Assembly (NCBI GenBank): GCA_963760365.1
Contig: CAVXDC010000008.1
Coordinates: 15,328 to 79,327, forward strand
DNA: 64,000 bases
Direction of reading: 5' to 3'
DNA from: an uncultured Phycisphaerae bacterium
Lineage (GTDB): Bacteria; Planctomycetota; Phycisphaerae; SM23-33
Made by a program: the position numbers and the translations under genes. Below the pieces are notes generated by a model. That model made no database searches and was not told the origin of the DNA. It saw only the letters and a program-made list of their open reading frames with translations. Shown in pieces: positions 60,189 through 64,000 of the stretch; the first letter of the stretch is position 1; each line of letters opens with the position of its first letter.

Positions 60189-63100
60189 TCAGACGGGTGG
60201 GCTCTCCGGCGGTGGCGTTGCGGCGCGGGCGTCGGGATGATCGGTCGCGGCGGGGACGAGGCCGCAACGACCCTTGATACCATGGCCTTCTTGAAGCCCA
60301 TCAGCAAGCGGCGCGGCCACCGCGATCGACGAGTAGGTCCCGAACGACATGCCCACCAGCAGCACGAAGTTGAACGCGTGGATGCCCGGCCCGCCCCAGA
60401 CGTACATGATGACCACGCACGAACAGCGTCGTCGATGCCGGTCAGCAGCGTCCGGCTGAGGGTCTGGTTGATGGAGTCGTTGATGACGTGCCAGGTCACG
60501 ACGGTCAGCTTGCCGCGGTTCTCGCGGATGCGGTCGAAGACCACGATCGTGTCGTTGACCGAGTAGCCGATGATCGTCAGCAGCGCCGCCACCATCGTCA
60601 GGTCGATCTTGAACGACTCGATGCCCAGCAGCCTGCCCGACGACGTGTCGCGCTCAGCCAGCCGGAGGCGGCCACCAGGCCCACGGCGATCGTCACGTCG
60701 TGGACCAGGCAGATCACGGCCGCCAGACCCCACCGGGCCGAGCCGAACCGCACCCACAGGTACACGATGATCGCCAGCCCAGCTCAGCACCAGCGCCACG
60801 ATCGCCCGCTGGGCCGTCTCGCCGGCGATGGCCGGGTCGAAGTTCGTGGCCACCATGGCCTCTTCGCGCTGCATGGCCGCGTCCAGCAGCGTCAGCTCCT
60901 TGTCGGCAAAGGTCTGCCCAGGTAGCCGGGTCTTGGCCACGGCGCTGGCTCGGCCGGGCTGACCAGCACCGCGAGCGCCGAGTACCCCTCCCCGGCGGGC
61001 TGTCAGGCCGATGACCTCGGTGCGGTTGAACTGCTGGGCGCCGAAGTCCGGCTGGAAGCGCATCTGCCGGATGCGCTGCAGCAGGTCCTGCCGCGTGATG
61101 GCCGGGCGTGACGTCGGTCCAGGACGAACAGCGACGCCGCCCTCGTTGTCGGCCAGCTCGTCGCGGACGCTGGGGTTGGCGGCGCGGACCAGCTGGGTCG
61201 TCGATGGGCGTCTTGCCGTCCTCGGCGACGGCGACGTGCAGCGCCGGCACCTCCTGGCCGCCCTTGACCAGGTGGAACGCGTGCGGCAGGTTCTGCTGCA
61301 GCGCCGCCCCGAAGGCCTCGGCCGCCACCTGCCGGATGACCTTGACGTTCGTCTCGGTGGTGGCCACCTGGTAGGCGTCTCGGGCAGGCGGCTCTGGATC
61401 TCCTGGCGCGTCAGGCGCGCCGTCCTTGTTGGCGTCGATCTTGTCAAAGAACTCCTGATTCGCCGCCGGTCGCCTGCCACTCGGCCTGGCGACGCTGCCG
61501 TCGTGGTCGGTGTCGTAGGCCTTCAGGAAGTCCTCGACGCGGTTGGGGTTGATGACCGTCTCCACGCGGGCGGTGTCCATCAGCTTCGTCTGTCCGTCCG
61601 TGCGGGCCTGAGTGATGAACTTCTCGCGGACCAGCCCGTCGTTGGGCAGTTGCCCGTCCGATCAGCGCGTCTTCCTTGAACGTGAGGATCGCCTGCGTGC
61701 CGGCGGAGAACTCGATGCCCCAGATGTTCGTCCCCTGCCAGACCAGCGAGGCGATGCCCATGGCCGGCGGTGGCCAGCGAGAAGGTCCAGAAGATGTACC
61801 GCATGCCCATCCAGTTGATCTTCGGCACGCCGATGAGCTTCAGCATCCGCACCCGGCCCCTCAGCAGCCTGCCGTCCAGCATGGCCTGGAAGACCCAGCG
61901 CGTGACGCAGCACGGCCGTGAAGAGGTTGAACACCACGCCCAGCCCCAGCGTGATGGCGAAGCCGCGGACCTCCTCGGTGCCCACCCAGCCCAGGATCAC
62001 GCCGGTGATCAGCGTGGTGACGTTGGAGTCGAAGATCGCGCTGAAGGCCCGCTCGTAGGCGTTCTTCAGGGCCATCCGGATCGACAGGCCCTTGGCCTGT
62101 TCCTCGCGCAGGCGCTCGTAGATCAGCACGTTGGCGTCCACGGCCATGCCGATGACCAGGATCACGCCCGCGATGCCGGGCAGCGTGAACACCGCGTTCA
62201 CCAGGCTCATGGCGCCCAGGACCAGCAGGACGTTGAGCACCATGGCCACGTTGGCGACCATCCCGGCCAGCAGGTAGTAGATCGGCCATGAAGGCCACGA
62301 CGACGATCAGGCTGTAGTAGCCCGCTCGCAGGGCCTGCCTGAGGTTCTCCGCGCCGATGCCCGGCCCGAAGGTGTTCTCCGCCACCGGATCGGGGTTGAG
62401 CCGGGCCGGCAGCGACCCGGCCCGCAGCGTGCGGACCAGGTCGTGCACCTCCTCGATCTTGAAGTTGCCCCGGATGATGCCCCGCTCGGAGATGGTCTCA
62501 TCGATCCTCGGCGTGGAGTACACCTCGTCGTCCAGCAGGACCGTCAGGATCTCGCCGATATGATTGGCCGTCAGGTCGCTGAACCGCTTGGCGCCCCGGG
62601 GGTCAAAGAGGAACCCCACGGATGGACGGTTGTTCCTGTCCACGTCGGGAAAGGCGTCCTTCAGGCTCCAGCCGCCCGGACCGGTCTCGTGAAGCTGCAC
62701 GTCGCCGGGCTGGTTGCTCAGCAGGATGTAGCTCTTGCCGGCATAGTCGGCCACGATGACCCCGCCGGTCTTCTCCCGCGCTTCACGCAGGGGGAACCAC
62801 AGGTACGGCTCGTTCCGCCGGCGCGGCGTCCGGACCTTCCTTGGCGAGCATCTCCACGTAGCGGTCGCGCTCCGCCTTGGCCATGGCCAGGCGGTGCGCC
62901 TCGCCCGGGGCATAGGGGGCGATGCGGAACTCCAGCACGCCGGCCTTGGCGATCAGGCGTTTCAGGTCCGCCGGATCGTCCAGCCTGGCCCGGCCTTGGG
63001 CCCAGGCCTTGTACTTCTCGACGACCGCGTTGATCTCACCCGCCCGGGACGGGTGTTGCGCCAACAGGGCCTTGAGCTCCGTCTCGTGCTGCTGCATCCG

Positions 63101-63931
63101 GGTGGCGACCTCGGCCTTGTTGCCAATGGCCTCGGCCTCGGAGGGCGACGCGTAGTAGCCCAGCACCGTCTGGAGCTGATGGGGGTTGACGTTCGTCTCC
63201 TCCAGCCCCCGCAACTTGGTCTCGTAGTCGATGATGGCGGCGTCCAACGTCTCGTTGGCCTTGGCGCGGTCGGCCTCCTTGGCCGACCCGGCAGCCGCCT
63301 GGGCCTGCTGCATGGCATCGTAAGCGGCCGCCAGATCGTCCAGCAGGCGCCCCAGTCCCTCATCCCCTCGCGCCAACGCCTTCAGCTCCGCCGTTCGCGC
63401 GTCGCCCGAGGATTGAAACGCCCGTCTGAGCTCAGGACGGGAGATGTTGTTCTGCTCCAGTTGTTCCAGGGCGGCGATGTAGGCGTTCTTGGCCTGCTGG
63501 GTCTCGGAGCCGCCGGCCGGCATGCGGACCTCGAAGCGGTTGTTGCCCAGCGGACGCCACTCCAGCGACCGCAACCCCTGGGGGTCCACGCGCTCCTTGA
63601 GGATCGAGATCACCTGCTCGGACAGGCCGCGCGGATCGGCCCCGGAGGCCTTGGCGCGGCTCAGATCGCGCTGGATGCGCCCCAACTGGTCCTGGAGCGG
63701 CTTTTTCTGTTCCTCGGTCGTGGCCTGGGCGAGCTTGGTCTCCAGATTCTTTTGGTCGGCCTCGAGGCGCTTGACCTCGGCCTCGCTGGTGCGAATCTCA
63801 AAGATCAGGCTGTGGCCGCCGCGAAGATCGATGCCCAGCCGCAGCTTGTTGCCCATGAAGATCGACCACAGGCACACGGCCACCAGCACGGCCAGGAAGG
63901 CGAACTTCAGCGGAAGGTTCTTGGCATTCAT
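60189..63931 (-). CDS. secDF: Fused protein translocase subunit SecDF, multiply frameshifted (3' end approximate)
   Basis: [79 protein letters not shown]. Confidence 0.95.
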
Positions 63932-64000
63932 GTTCGGTCCACATGCCGGCCAACCGAGGCAGCCGGGCTTCGTTCCTTGGCGACAAGGCCGCCCCCCTGC

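Noticed and set aside
1000-63363. Many long overlapping Arg/Pro/Gly-rich ORFs in the track (e.g. 1832..3055, 31987..33243, 50084..51424)
   Set aside because: They are shadow frames of recognisable genes, expected in high-GC DNA.
12400-63931. Widespread pseudogenisation or programmed frameshifting (waaF, ino1, ymdB, pdxJ, dapA, ftsK, TPR, wza, secDF)
   Set aside because: The breaks appear to be single-base indels with well-conserved protein on both sides, clustered in patches and hitting normally essential genes. Long-read consensus error is the simplest explanation; read re-mapping would decide.

Overview
GC-rich bacterial chromosomal segment, most likely a Planctomycetota (Phycisphaerae-like) genome. 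This is inferred from DPN-motif PEP-CTERM proteins, a planctomycete-style tape-measure N-terminus and an oversized SecDF. Many genes, including normally essential ones, carry single-base frameshifts, which points to an unpolished long-read assembly. In order, the window holds: queA (partial), two membrane proteins, a rhomboid-TPR protease, tRNA-Val, a ferritin-like gene and bfr, a low-GC ECF-sigma islet with a tape-measure remnant, a CorC/HlyC protein, an XRE-S24 repressor, a PilZ protein, an envelope cluster (plsY, GT4, LPS kinase, waaF, ino1, tlyA-like), rpsT and ymdB. Next come a tandem array of five DNRLRE-like PEP-CTERM genes, a sigma54 two-component pair, hisDCB with hydrogenase-maturation genes, a c-di-GMP/sigma54 signalling module, pdxJ, flavodoxin, dapA, GT4, ftsK, a PlsR-like + Tes-like + SPASM radical SAM cluster, tRNA-Thr, a wza/exosortase/epsI/TPR/wzc locus and secDF. 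Main highlights: (1) all five PEP-CTERM genes sit behind a 16-bp-spacer sigma70 promoter and a ~210-nt conserved 5' leader with a covarying hairpin, GGAG motifs and an anti-SD/anti-anti-SD arrangement, a candidate undescribed cis-regulatory RNA; (2) a candidate bacterial membrane-spanning ether-lipid gene cluster; (3) a candidate sRNA with CCUCCU loops downstream of a complete sigma54 promoter module.
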